A stretch of DNA of 54,378 bases, taken from IMG/VR virus record IMGVR_UViG_3300014501_000023, positions 1-54,378 of that record, one strand, 5' to 3'. The position numbers were made by a program, and so were the translations under genes. This DNA comes from a virus. Taxonomy: Duplodnaviria; Caudoviricetes. Of this stretch, positions 25,054-34,681 are shown in pieces (the first letter of the stretch is position 1; each line of letters opens with the position of its first letter). The notes under the pieces are model-generated. The model was not told the DNA's origin, searched no databases, and saw nothing but the letters and a program-made list of their open reading frames with translations.

Positions 25054-26226
25054 ATGCGAATGGAACAATCCGTCAGCCACTCACGGTTGACCCCCGCTCA
25101 GCTGATGGCGCTCGACGGCAAGGCGCCGCAGTTGCTGGCCTCGATCAAGGACGAGCGCGACTTCGCGGCCCTCGAGCGCCGCCTCGGCGTCGCCGCCGCG
25201 CCGAAGTACCTGCGCGCCACCGCCGACCGCCTCGCCTCGGCGATGGACGCCTGGTCGGGCGGACCGTTCGGCACGAGCGTCGCGGCCCCCGCGGGCATCA
25301 CCACGGCCTCGATCGTGACGCCGATCCAGTTCCTGCAGAACTGGCTCCCCGGCTTCATCCACGTGCTCACCGCGGCGCGTAAGATCGACGAGTTCATCGG
25401 CATGGAGACGATCGGAAACTGGTACGACGAGTGGGTCGTGCAGGGGATCGTGGAGCCGATGGGCGCGATCGACGTCTACAAGGACTCGACCAACGTGCCG
25501 CTCTCCGACTGGAACCCGAACTGGGAGCAGCGCACGATCGTGCGCCTCGAGTCCGGCATCCAGGTCGGCCGCCTCGAGCAGGCCCGGGCCTCGGCCGCGA
25601 TGCTGAACTCGGACGCCGAGAAGCGCGCGGCGAGCATCCTGCGGCTGGAGATCTGGCGCAACCTGATCGGCTTCTACGGCTTCAACGCCGGCAACAACAA
25701 CACGTACGGGTTCCTGAATGACCCGGGCCTGCTGGCGTACACCACCGTGGCCGCGGGCGCTGCGGGCTACACCTGGGTCGTGAAGACGTACCTGGAGATC
25801 ATCCAGGACCTGATCACCGCGTTCAACGAGCTGCGCACGCAGAGCCAGGACACCATCGACCCGTTCAAGGACCCGACCACGCTCGGCATCCCGATGGCGG
25901 TCGCGGAGCAGCTGTCCAAGCTCAACGAGCTGGGCTCGCAGTCGGTCAAGGAGTGGTTGGAGAAGACCTATCCGCGCTGCCGCCTCGTCACCGCCCCGCA
26001 GCTCGGGGCCGCGAACGGCGGGGCCAATGTGTTCTACCTCTGGGCCGATGCGGTGAACGACGGCGGCACGGACGACAAGCGCACATGGGCGCACATCGTG
26101 CCGGTGAAGTTCATGGCGCTCGGCGTCGAGCAGCGCGTCAAGAGCTACGTCGAGGACTTCACCAACGCCACGGCCGGCGCGTTCCTGAAGCGGCCGTACG
26201 CCGTCTGCAGATACACCGGCATCTGA
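25054..26226 (+). CDS. major capsid protein (DUF2184 family)
   Basis: TPIQFLQNWLPGF...TAARKIDE.IG; RN.IGFYG...YGFLNDP.L; NATAG...KRPYAV.RY.GI. Confidence 0.9.
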   Translation: MRMEQSVSHSRLTPAQLMALDGKAPQLLASIKDERDFAALERRLGVAAAPKYLRATADRLASAMDAWSGGPFGTSVAAPAGITTASIVTPIQFLQNWLPGFIHVLTAARKIDEFIGMETIGNWYDEWVVQGIVEPMGAIDVYKDSTNVPLSDWNPNWEQRTIVRLESGIQVGRLEQARASAAMLNSDAEKRAASILRLEIWRNLIGFYGFNAGNNNTYGFLNDPGLLAYTTVAAGAAGYTWVVKTYLEIIQDLITAFNELRTQSQDTIDPFKDPTTLGIPMAVAEQLSKLNELGSQSVKEWLEKTYPRCRLVTAPQLGAANGGANVFYLWADAVNDGGTDDKRTWAHIVPVKFMALGVEQRVKSYVEDFTNATAGAFLKRPYAVCRYTGI

Positions 26227-26264
26227 GGCACCTACTCAACCACTCCACACAGAGTACACCCAAC

Positions 26265-26687
26265 ATGGCGAAGCAAATTTACTCGACCCTCTCATCCGAC
26301 ACCCGCTACACCGACACCGAGAAGCTGCCCGGAGGCCTGAACCGCGTGCGGCGCTCGGTGCTGGTGCGCGGGGGCGCCGGGATCGCGCTGCGCGGCGCGG
26401 GCCAGCAAGTCGCGACGCCCTCGGGCGTCCGCACCGAGGTCACGGACGAGGACGCCGCGTTCCTGGCCAACCACGGTATCTTCAAAGAGCAGATGGAGCG
26501 CGGCTTCCTGCGCATCGAGAACTCGGCGCGCGACCCCGAGAAAGTGTCGGAGGGGATGGAGGGCGAGGACCCGTCCAGGCCCAAGACGCAGGCGGACGTG
26601 CAGCGGGACGCGGCCGCAGCGGCCGCCAGGACCGGGCTCCAGCCAGACGAGACCCTGCAGGCCGTCACCGGCAAGCCGAAGAAATAA
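26265..26687 (+). CDS. conserved post-capsid virion protein
   Basis: IYSTLS.D..Y...V.V.GGAG...TP.GV.T.V....F pattern; position after capsid. Confidence 0.65.
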   Translation: MAKQIYSTLSSDTRYTDTEKLPGGLNRVRRSVLVRGGAGIALRGAGQQVATPSGVRTEVTDEDAAFLANHGIFKEQMERGFLRIENSARDPEKVSEGMEGEDPSRPKTQADVQRDAAAAAARTGLQPDETLQAVTGKPKK

Positions 26688-26696
26688 GCGGCTGAG

Positions 26697-26984
26697 ATGC
26701 CGACCTTCCGCGTCACGCTGATCCGCCAGCGTAACAAACTGCACGCTGGCGGCCGCACCGCGACCGTGCCCACCCGCACCTGGACCTTCGACGCGCGCGA
26801 CGAGGACGAGGTGCGCCGGCTGCTGGCCGAGGCGCGTGAGCTGGCGCTGCCGTACGTGCAGGGCTATGTGCTCGGCGGCATCGAGCAGCTCGTCAACTGC
26901 GCGCGCTGCAACGCGGGCGAGATGTGCGTGGAGCACGGGCGGGCCGCGAAGCGGGTCGGTGAATTCAACCAAACTCTGAGTTGA
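26697..26984 (+). CDS. hypothetical protein with CxxC..CxxH
   Basis: 95-aa ORF in operon. Confidence 0.5.
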   Translation: MPTFRVTLIRQRNKLHAGGRTATVPTRTWTFDARDEDEVRRLLAEARELALPYVQGYVLGGIEQLVNCARCNAGEMCVEHGRAAKRVGEFNQTLS

Positions 26985-26995
26985 GGTATCCATTT

Positions 26996-27259
26996 ATGTT
27001 GCATCGACCTATCAAACTCCTTCGCTCGCTCACGCCCGCGGAGGAGGAGTTCTTCAGGGAAGCCGAGGCCAAGAAGGTGCTGTTCAGCTTCGACGACACC
27101 GGTGCGCCTTTTGTCGAGATGCCCGCGCACACCAACGGCTGGTTCTCGCAGCCGTTGGTAGAGACTGAGATGCCGCACCTGGAGTCTGCCAAGTGGGCGC
27201 GCTACCAGCTCAAGGATCCGAAGGCCCCGGTGGCTGAGACTGAGGAGCAAGCGGCGTAG
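26996..27259 (+). CDS. hypothetical protein
   Basis: ATG at 26996 after SD GAGG. Confidence 0.5.
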   Translation: MLHRPIKLLRSLTPAEEEFFREAEAKKVLFSFDDTGAPFVEMPAHTNGWFSQPLVETEMPHLESAKWARYQLKDPKAPVAETEEQAA

Positions 27260-27972
27260 TGTTCTTCGTCTACGTGCACCGACGGCCCAACGGCTCGCCG
27301 TTCTACGTTGGGAAGGCGACGTACCAGTCTCGCGCTTTCTTGTTTAAGCACAGGAGCCTTTTCCATAAGCGGATAGTGGCGAAGTACGGCGTTGAGAACA
27401 TCACTGTATCTGTGCTCGAATTTGCGACCGAGAAAGAAGCGTTCGCAGCGGAGATTGAGTACATCGCTAGGTTCCGAGCGGAAGGTCATCGCTTGGCAAA
27501 TCTGACTGACGGCGGCGATGGTGCGGTCGGTTTTGTGCATAGCGAGGAAGAGCGCAAGAGAAGAGCTGCCTTCATGACCGGAAGGAAACCCTTGGAAGCC
27601 ACACGCAAATTGTGGTCTGAGCAGCGTAAGGGTAGAAGGCCGACGGAAGAGACGCGGCGCAAATTATCGTTGATACGCACCGGCAAATCTATTAACCAAC
27701 CGCTGCGTCCGTGGCAGGCGCCGATTATCTCTGCGCGTTTCAAAGGCGTACCGAAGTCCGAGGCGCACAAGGCGAAGATCGCCGCCGCTCACTTGGGCAA
27801 GATTCAAGGGCCGGCGAGCGAAGAAACGAAGGCCAAGATGAGCGTGGCACAAAGCGCCAGATATGCTGATCCAGCGAATCGCGCGGAACAAAGTCGGATT
27901 ATGAGACAAGCGTGGAAGAAGAGGCGGTTCATCAAATGGATGAAGGCCGCGTTGTCCGTACATTTGATGTGA
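27259..27972 (+). mobile_element. free-standing GIY-YIG-like homing endonuclease with NUMOD3 repeats
   Basis: FVYVH...FYVGK..R; E...I....LANLTDGGDG; HSEE.R, PTEETRRKLS, KSEAHKAKIA, SEETKAKMS repeats; lower GC. Confidence 0.8.
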
Positions 27973-28001
27973 CATCAATCTAACACGAGGTATTTGCAGC
28001 C

Positions 28002-28406
28002 ATTGCGATCCAATATTCCACGACGCATCGCTCGAATAACGTTGCCGATATTACAACGCAACTGAGCACAACTGCGTACTTGCTCATCTACTCCGGCTCG
28101 GCGCCCGCGAATTGCGGCACGGCGGCCTCCGGCACGCTGCTCGCATCGCTCCCCTGTTCCAACCCGTTCGGCGCAGCGCCTTCCGCTGGCGTGCTCACCG
28201 CCAGCGCGATCACCTCGGAGGCCACCGGCAACGCTGGCACGGCCGGCTACTGGCGCCTTTGCATCAGCTCGGCCGGTACCACGGTGGTGGCGCAGGGCAC
28301 CGTCGCGGTCTCGGGCGGCGACCTGAACTTCGCGGGCGGCGTCGCCTGGACCTCGGGCGAGACCATCAGCATCACAAGCTTCACGATCACGGCGAACGGG
28401 GCGTAA
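28002..28406 (+). CDS. small beta-rich virion fibre subunit (probable ATT start)
   Basis: (M)AIQYS...LLIYSGSAPA...GTLLA.L...GTAGYWR...GGDLN...SITSFTIT; frame open from the TAA at 27981. Confidence 0.7.
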   Translation: MAIQYSTTHRSNNVADITTQLSTTAYLLIYSGSAPANCGTAASGTLLASLPCSNPFGAAPSAGVLTASAITSEATGNAGTAGYWRLCISSAGTTVVAQGTVAVSGGDLNFAGGVAWTSGETISITSFTITANGA

Positions 28407-30695
28407 ATGAGGAGGCTGCTCCTCCCGCTTCTACTCTCAGCGTGCGCCGTTTTTTCGCCGCTGAGGGCGGCCGAGGTTGGCGGCTACAATAACGCCGGGC
28501 CGGCCACTCCCACAGACCGGATACTAGAGGACCAGGCCGGCGTCACGGTAAATGCCACGCCGCTGCAGCTGGCCACCTACACTTTCGGTTACGAAGCTAC
28601 GCGCGTCGTGACGGCCTCGGGCGCCGTGACCATGGCCGTGGCCGACTACAACGTCTGCGTCAACAAGGGCACGCCGGCTGCGACCACGGTCAACCTGCCG
28701 GCGAGCCCGACGACCGGGCAGGCGTACACCATAGGCGACTGCGCGGGCAATGCCGCGACCTATAACATCACGGTCACGCCAGCGGCCGGGAACATCGACG
28801 GCTCCTCGACCTTCCCGATTTCCAGCAACTGGGGCGTCTGGGACGGCTACTACGACGGCACACAGTGGAAGACCACCGCCTCGTACCCATCGAGCGGCAG
28901 CGGTCTCACCGCGCTGACCGGGGTGGTGAGCGCGAGCGGCACCGGAAGCGTCGCGACGACTCTCAACTGGACGCCGGGCTCTTATTACGACGTCGCGAAC
29001 CCGTCATACGCCGGGGGCGTGTACTGCGACGACTCGCACAACGATGCCCCAGCCGTCCAGGCAGCGTACGCCGCCGCTAGTGACGCCTCCATCGGCGGCG
29101 GCTATGCCTCGCTGATCTTTCCAGCCGGGAAAGAGTGCAAATTCTCGTGGGGAGTGGTCGAGACCAATATCGGCGTGCACTCGCTCGGCGGCGGCAACTA
29201 CTCGACGGTGATTGATCTTGAGCCGAGCATCAGCGTCTCCGGCGTGGCTATCGCCAGTACGGCCGGGGCGTTCACCACCAGCAGTTGCTCAGGCCTGACC
29301 GTCGGCAATCGGCTTAAGATTTCCGGCACGCTTGGTGGTTCTGGCTCAATCACTGGATACACGAATCCGAGCTATTACTATGTTTCTGCCGTGACCGGCA
29401 CGGCCTCTGCCTGCACCGGCTTCACGCTAAAGACGAACGCATCGCCCACGCCTGCCGCAATCGTCACGACTACCGGCACGCCAACCGGTCTGACTTACAC
29501 GGTCGTCGGCGTAGCGGCTTTCACGTTCGGCACGCTCGGCGCGGAGACCATCAACGATACCCTCGAGGGTATCGGGTTCATCAGCTTTGACAGCACCTAC
29601 ACCAAGATCGCGGTTGAAGCGTTGGACGTGGGTGGATTCCAACTGAAGGACATCTGCGTCGGCGTGGGCGGCGTGGCGTGGAGCGGCGGCCCAGCCATAC
29701 CGCCTGATACGCAGGCGGGCTCGATAGGCATACGAGCCTACGGGCGCGAGAATACGGACGTGGGCCCGGTAATCTGCAACCTCGCTGATAATCCCGAGGT
29801 CTGGTCGCCGAACCCGAACGATCCGAACGAAAACGAGGATCAGGACCACTGGCACTGGCACGACCAGCTCTTGACGCAATCCGGTACCAACGCCACCGGC
29901 TCCTGCCTAATTCGGATCGATCCCGGCGTCGGCTTAAGCAACACGACCGTCGACGGCCAGGAGGCGTGGGTCGCTGGTGATAATGGCGTCTGTAACAACG
30001 ATACGACGTCGACCGTTTCATCTTTTACGAGCACGTGGGGGCACGCGCGCTGGGAACAGGCGCCGGTGAGCACCGGGTACATGTTCTATTTCTCGTCTAA
30101 CAGCGAGTTCCAGGGCGCCCATATTTACGATGCCTACAACGGCTCGACGGCGAATGGCATTTACTGCCGCAAGTGCTACAGCTTGCAAGTGGACGGCTTC
30201 ACTGGTTCCGCAATGGGAGTCGCGTTTAATCTCGATAGCTCTGATTACGACGTTAATGCGCGCGGGATATGGCCGAACAGTGGCGCGACGAACACGGTCT
30301 CCGGTCAGACGCTGATAGAGGCCGACTACCTGTACGGGAATTCCAGCGTCCCGTATAACGCGACCTGGAGCAACAGCGCCCAGACGTACAACCGCACGGT
30401 CGGCGCCCAGTACTCCTTCTCCGGCAGCGCGCCCGCGGTCAGTGCTTGCGGGACGAGTCCTTCGATAGACTCCAACGCGACTAATGCGTCAGGCACCGTG
30501 ACGGTCGGCAGCGGCACCGACACGTCGTGCACGGTCACGTTCGCCGGCGGCGGCTACGCGACGTGGAACCACTGCCAGGTGAGCCCTGAGGCCGTTGACG
30601 CCGGTTTCGCCTACAGCTACACGAAGACGGTATTGACAGTCACTGCGACATCATTGACTTCTGAGAAGTTCGACTACAGCTGCAACGGTTTTTGA
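28407..30695 (+). CDS. tailspike/depolymerase-like protein (beta-helix) with signal peptide
   Basis: MRRLLLPLLLSACAVFSPLRA; fibre domain TVNLPASP..G....IGD..GNA...NITV; DV...G...D...D.PAVQAA...LIFPAG beta-helix entry; 16 Cys in mature chain. Confidence 0.7.
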   Translation: MRRLLLPLLLSACAVFSPLRAAEVGGYNNAGPATPTDRILEDQAGVTVNATPLQLATYTFGYEATRVVTASGAVTMAVADYNVCVNKGTPAATTVNLPASPTTGQAYTIGDCAGNAATYNITVTPAAGNIDGSSTFPISSNWGVWDGYYDGTQWKTTASYPSSGSGLTALTGVVSASGTGSVATTLNWTPGSYYDVANPSYAGGVYCDDSHNDAPAVQAAYAAASDASIGGGYASLIFPAGKECKFSWGVVETNIGVHSLGGGNYSTVIDLEPSISVSGVAIASTAGAFTTSSCSGLTVGNRLKISGTLGGSGSITGYTNPSYYYVSAVTGTASACTGFTLKTNASPTPAAIVTTTGTPTGLTYTVVGVAAFTFGTLGAETINDTLEGIGFISFDSTYTKIAVEALDVGGFQLKDICVGVGGVAWSGGPAIPPDTQAGSIGIRAYGRENTDVGPVICNLADNPEVWSPNPNDPNENEDQDHWHWHDQLLTQSGTNATGSCLIRIDPGVGLSNTTVDGQEAWVAGDNGVCNNDTTSTVSSFTSTWGHARWEQAPVSTGYMFYFSSNSEFQGAHIYDAYNGSTANGIYCRKCYSLQVDGFTGSAMGVAFNLDSSDYDVNARGIWPNSGATNTVSGQTLIEADYLYGNSSVPYNATWSNSAQTYNRTVGAQYSFSGSAPAVSACGTSPSIDSNATNASGTVTVGSGTDTSCTVTFAGGGYATWNHCQVSPEAVDAGFAYSYTKTVLTVTATSLTSEKFDYSCNGF

Positions 30696-30739
30696 TCCGA
30701 TGAAATCCGCGACAAGCGGCGCAGGTTTGAGGCAGTAAA

Positions 30740-33307
30740 ATGGCGCTTCGCGGTACAGCAGCTTATCCGACGACGCCTTTCACTGAATCGCAGGCCTCTA
30801 GCGGAACGATAACTGTCAGCGGCATTGGCATCGCAGCCGGCGACATCATTTTGCTGTTCGCTCTCTTGGAGCTTGGCTCGTCGACTGTTACCGGGTGGCC
30901 GAGCGGATTTGCCGCAGTCACTGGGACATCGCAGATCGCGAACAGCACGGTCTTCGGCAATCACACGGTCCAGGTCGCTTGGAAACTCGCGACCGGAAGC
31001 GAGCCGAGCACCTACACGGTCACTTTCAACCAAGCCTGCTTTTACGTTCTTCAGTGCCGCGCTTATTCGGGGCGCAATCAGACATCGCCATTCACGGCGG
31101 TGGCTGACACAGGGCCGAGCGGTACCGGCACCGGTTCGGTCACTCTTGCGGCCACCGGGGTGACGGCCGCTGCTGGGGATGATGTCGTCTTTTTTGGTGG
31201 CAACTGCTGGTGGAATACAGCCGACACCTACACCTACACGCCGCCCACTGGGTTCACCACTAATCCGCTCTTGAGCCCGGCGTACAACGGCTTCAGCTCT
31301 TTCGCGATGCCAGCCTTCAGCTCTGATAAAACCAACGTCAGCGCTGGGGCGACTGGGACCATAGCCGGCACCCTTGCAGATACCGCCGGCTCGAACATGC
31401 GCTATGGCGCGTATGTGCTCTCGCTCGCGCAGGCGGCCGCGGCAGCCTCCGGCTCCGCGGCAATCACGGAAGGCGCGGATACTGTTTCGGCGAGTGGCGC
31501 GGTGAAAGTCGCGGCCACGGCGGCGATCACTGAGGGTTCCGATACCGTCGCAGGCGTAGGCACGGTTAAGGTCTCTGGTGCGTCCGCGATCACCGAAGGC
31601 GCGGACACGGTCGCGGCATCTGGCGCCGTAAAAGTCTCTGGTGTATCTGTGATCACGGAAAGCGCGGACACGGTAGCCGCCTCTGGCGCAGTCGCTGTGA
31701 GCGGTTCGACCGCGATAACCGAGGGTGCAGACACCGTATCGGCGGCCGGCGCAGCTGCGTACGTAGGCTCGGCCGCGATCACCGAAGCCGCCGACCTGTT
31801 GGGCTCGTTGTTGCTCGACAGCTCTGGAAATCCGGTAACGGACAGCTTCGGCAACAACATAAACGATGTCGACGGCGCGACCGGAACAGCCATACTCGCC
31901 GGTTCTGCTGCGATCTCCGAAAGTAATGACGCTGTGAGCGCCGTCGGGACCGTGTCGGTCTCTGGTTCCGCGACAATTGCCGAAGGCGCGGATGCAGCGA
32001 GCGCAGCTGGCGCGGTACTGGTCGCCGGCCTCGCCGGGATCACGGAAGGTGCCGACGCAGTTGCCGCGAGCGGTACGCTCCTGGTGGCCGGCCTCGCGGG
32101 GATCTCTGAAGGTCACGATACTGTTTCAGCCTCTGGCGCCGAGTCAGTTGCTGGTGCTGCCGCGATTGCGGAGACTGCTGATACTGCGGGCGCGGTCGGG
32201 TCAGTCGCTGTCAGCGGTGCCTCGAGCATCGCCGAAGGCGCCGATACCGTTGCCGCATCGGGCACGACTGTCAACGGCGGCACGGCTTCGATCACGGAGG
32301 GGGCCGATACCGTAAGCGCATCCGGCGCGGTGAGCGTCAGCGGCGTCAGCGCAATTACGGAGGGCCTTGATGCCGTAGCAGGCGCCGGGTCCGTGTCAGT
32401 AGCGGGCGCGGCTAGTATCGCCGAGGCCACCGATGTCGTGAGTGCGACCGGCGCTGTGTCTGTGTCCGGCGTGGCTGCAATCGCTGAGACTTCGGACTCG
32501 GTTGCGGCATCTGGCGCTGTTGGCGTCCCAGGTGGAACCGCTTCTATAGTTGAAGGGGCCGACACCGCGGTTGGCGTCGGCACTGTCCATGTGAGTGGCT
32601 CGGCTTCGATTGTCGAAGGTCCGGACACCAGCACTTCTAGCGGTAGCGTTGCGGTCAGCGCAAGCGCCGTCATCACCGAGGGCGTCGATGCGGTCAGCGC
32701 CGCGGGCACCGTGTCTACTGCGGGGGCTGCGGCGATTGTTGAGGGTACGGACGTTGCCGCGGGCGCCGGTACAACTGTCGCGTCGGGTGTCGGGGCGGTC
32801 GCGGAAGGTCCGGACGTCGCCAATGCTGCCGGCGCCGTCAGTGTTACCGGCGCCGCCTCGATCACCGAGAACCACGATACCGGCTCGAGCGCTGGCACCG
32901 TTACGGTTGTCGGTGCTGCGGCGATTGTAGAAAGCGTTGACTCAGCCTCCGCTCACGGTGGCGTCAGCGTCAGCGGTCTGGCCGCGATCACCGAGTCCCA
33001 GGACTTCGCTAGCGGCGCGGGGGTCATCAGAGTCAGCGGCGTCGCGTCGCTAGCCGAATCGGATGACGCAGTCGCGGCTGTCGGCATGGCAGGCGGCTAC
33101 GGCTCGGCTGAGATTTCTGAAGCCGTCGACACGGTGGCGGCGAGTGGCCTTGTAGTCGATATTGGGACAGCCGCAATTGTCGAGGCCGATGACTTTGCCG
33201 CTGGTATTGGAACTGTTGTTAATCCACCTCTCGGCCCGGTGCAGCTGTGCGTCTCAGGCGCGGTCGAGGTCTGTGGGTCGATCTTTGCCCCGATCGAGGT
33301 ACAGTAA
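30740..33307 (+). CDS. long repeat-containing virion fibre/ruler protein
   Basis: N-terminal beta-sandwich (AAGDIILL...P.GF...W..ATGSEP) then about 27 repeats of 21 aa. Confidence 0.75.
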   Translation: MALRGTAAYPTTPFTESQASSGTITVSGIGIAAGDIILLFALLELGSSTVTGWPSGFAAVTGTSQIANSTVFGNHTVQVAWKLATGSEPSTYTVTFNQACFYVLQCRAYSGRNQTSPFTAVADTGPSGTGTGSVTLAATGVTAAAGDDVVFFGGNCWWNTADTYTYTPPTGFTTNPLLSPAYNGFSSFAMPAFSSDKTNVSAGATGTIAGTLADTAGSNMRYGAYVLSLAQAAAAASGSAAITEGADTVSASGAVKVAATAAITEGSDTVAGVGTVKVSGASAITEGADTVAASGAVKVSGVSVITESADTVAASGAVAVSGSTAITEGADTVSAAGAAAYVGSAAITEAADLLGSLLLDSSGNPVTDSFGNNINDVDGATGTAILAGSAAISESNDAVSAVGTVSVSGSATIAEGADAASAAGAVLVAGLAGITEGADAVAASGTLLVAGLAGISEGHDTVSASGAESVAGAAAIAETADTAGAVGSVAVSGASSIAEGADTVAASGTTVNGGTASITEGADTVSASGAVSVSGVSAITEGLDAVAGAGSVSVAGAASIAEATDVVSATGAVSVSGVAAIAETSDSVAASGAVGVPGGTASIVEGADTAVGVGTVHVSGSASIVEGPDTSTSSGSVAVSASAVITEGVDAVSAAGTVSTAGAAAIVEGTDVAAGAGTTVASGVGAVAEGPDVANAAGAVSVTGAASITENHDTGSSAGTVTVVGAAAIVESVDSASAHGGVSVSGLAAITESQDFASGAGVIRVSGVASLAESDDAVAAVGMAGGYGSAEISEAVDTVAASGLVVDIGTAAIVEADDFAAGIGTVVNPPLGPVQLCVSGAVEVCGSIFAPIEVQ
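31448..33222 (+). repeat. about 27 degenerate 63-bp coding repeats (G.a.i.E..D...a.G.v.v)
   Basis: e.g. SGSAAITEGADTVSASGAVKV, SGASAITEGADTVAASGAVKV; invariant E-x-x-D. Confidence 0.85.
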
Positions 33308-33309
33308 AA

Positions 33310-33678
33310 GTGCAAGCCGACTGCCCCTTCAACGTATCGCTCGGGCTCAACAGCGCCGACCCGGTGTTTAATGAGGGTTCGACCTGCGTCGTGGCCGCGA
33401 GCTTCTTCGCCGCGTCGACCGGCGCCCCTTTCACGCCGACCTCGATCTTGTACCGGGTCGACGACATCAACTCCGGCGCCCCCATCGTGGCGTCCACGAG
33501 CGTGACGCCGGCCCCGAGCGTGAGCATCACGGTGACCGGGGCGCAGAACGCGCTGCTGTCCGCGCTGCGCTGCGTCGAGGAGCACCAGCTGACGGTCACA
33601 GTCGAGGACTCCTACGGCAACGTCGCAAACGTGCCGATCCGCTGGCTGGTCAAGCGCGTCTTCACATCAATCACATGA
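33310..33678 (+). CDS. Ig-like fibre attachment/adaptor protein (putative)
   Basis: GTG at 33310; FNEGS...F...G....P....YRVDD pattern; follows the repeat protein. Confidence 0.55.
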   Translation: MQADCPFNVSLGLNSADPVFNEGSTCVVAASFFAASTGAPFTPTSILYRVDDINSGAPIVASTSVTPAPSVSITVTGAQNALLSALRCVEEHQLTVTVEDSYGNVANVPIRWLVKRVFTSIT

Positions 33679-33688
33679 GCAGGCAAAA

Positions 33689-33934
33689 ATGGCTGAGCCC
33701 AGGAGAGTCAACGTCCGCGTCCACGAGGTCGCCGACGGCAGCAAGCACCTGGTGTTCGAGATCGCGGGCACCGGGGAGTGCGTCGGCGAGGTGCGGGTCG
33801 TGGCCTCCGACCCGGGCTACCTGCCGGTGATGGCGGCGCTGTTCACGCGGTGGGCGGGCGGTTCGCGCGCGCCCGGACCGCCTGAGCTGAGCATCGTCGC
33901 ATCAGTCAGGCAAGCCATCAACGGCAGTCACTGA
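33689..33934 (+). CDS. hypothetical protein
   Basis: 81-aa ORF in operon. Confidence 0.5.
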   Translation: MAEPRRVNVRVHEVADGSKHLVFEIAGTGECVGEVRVVASDPGYLPVMAALFTRWAGGSRAPGPPELSIVASVRQAINGSH

Positions 33935-33963
33935 AAGTCTTTTTTGAAGGAGCGGACAGAAAC

Positions 33964-34215
33964 ATGGCAAGCAAACGCACGGGGCGCAAATTCCTGAGCG
34001 ACAACGTGGTGAACGCGCGGCGCAACGCGACGCCCAGGCCGCAGCGCGTCACGATCATCACCGGCGGCATGAAGTACCGGCCCGGACAGCCGCCCGTGCC
34101 CGTGTACCCGGCGGGGGCTGCGCGCGTGCTGGGGCGCGGCGTGGTCGCCAGGTCGTCCCCGCTGCCGCCCGTGGTCAGCAGCCCGCCGGCAGACGCCCCG
34201 CTGCAGGCGGAGTGA
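33964..34215 (+). CDS. basic Pro-rich hypothetical protein
   Basis: 83-aa ORF with SD AAGGAG. Confidence 0.5.
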   Translation: MASKRTGRKFLSDNVVNARRNATPRPQRVTIITGGMKYRPGQPPVPVYPAGAARVLGRGVVARSSPLPPVVSSPPADAPLQAE

Positions 34216-34234
34216 AGGCTCACGGCCTCAAGCC

Positions 34235-34681
34235 ATGAGCATCGATTCGCCGGTCTACAACGACGCGAACTTCCGCAAGCAGTTCCCGGCGTTCGCCGAC
34301 GCGGTGCGGTTCCCGGAGGCGGCGCTGGAGTTCGCCTGGGACATGGGCGCCAACTGGATCTCGCAGTACGCGTCCGCCTGGTGGGGCTTGGGGTCGAGCA
34401 CGAAGCGCTGGCAGCAGGCTGCTGACCTCATGGGTGCGGTGGTTGCCAAGCAGCTGTCGCCCGAGGGCGGCGAGGGGAACGATGCCGTTGGGCCGGTATC
34501 GCAGGCCGCTGAGGGCAGCGTTAGCGTGTCGTTCCAGATACCCGCGTTCGGCTCCTCGGCCTTCAGCGCGCTGCTGCTGACCAACCCGCCGTACGGTCCG
34601 CTGCTGCTGTCGCTGCTGCAGATCGCTGCCAGCGTCGGCCCCTATATTCCGAGCGGCCGGTTCTCGTACGTGCCGCCGTGA
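34235..34681 (+). CDS. head-tail adaptor (DUF4054 family)
   Basis: FRKQFPAF; G.VSQAAEGSVSVSF; PYG..L. Confidence 0.8.
   Translation: MSIDSPVYNDANFRKQFPAFADAVRFPEAALEFAWDMGANWISQYASAWWGLGSSTKRWQQAADLMGAVVAKQLSPEGGEGNDAVGPVSQAAEGSVSVSFQIPAFGSSAFSALLLTNPPYGPLLLSLLQIAASVGPYIPSGRFSYVPP

Noticed and set aside
27200-28010. Group I intron around the homing endonuclease
   Set aside because: Flanking genes look complete, and the non-coding flanks (0 and about 29 nt) are far too short for a ribozyme core.
31448-33222. Possible CRISPR array or DNA-level tandem repeat (63-bp period)
   Set aside because: Conservation is at amino-acid level with free third positions; no identical repeats with unique spacers and no cas genes.
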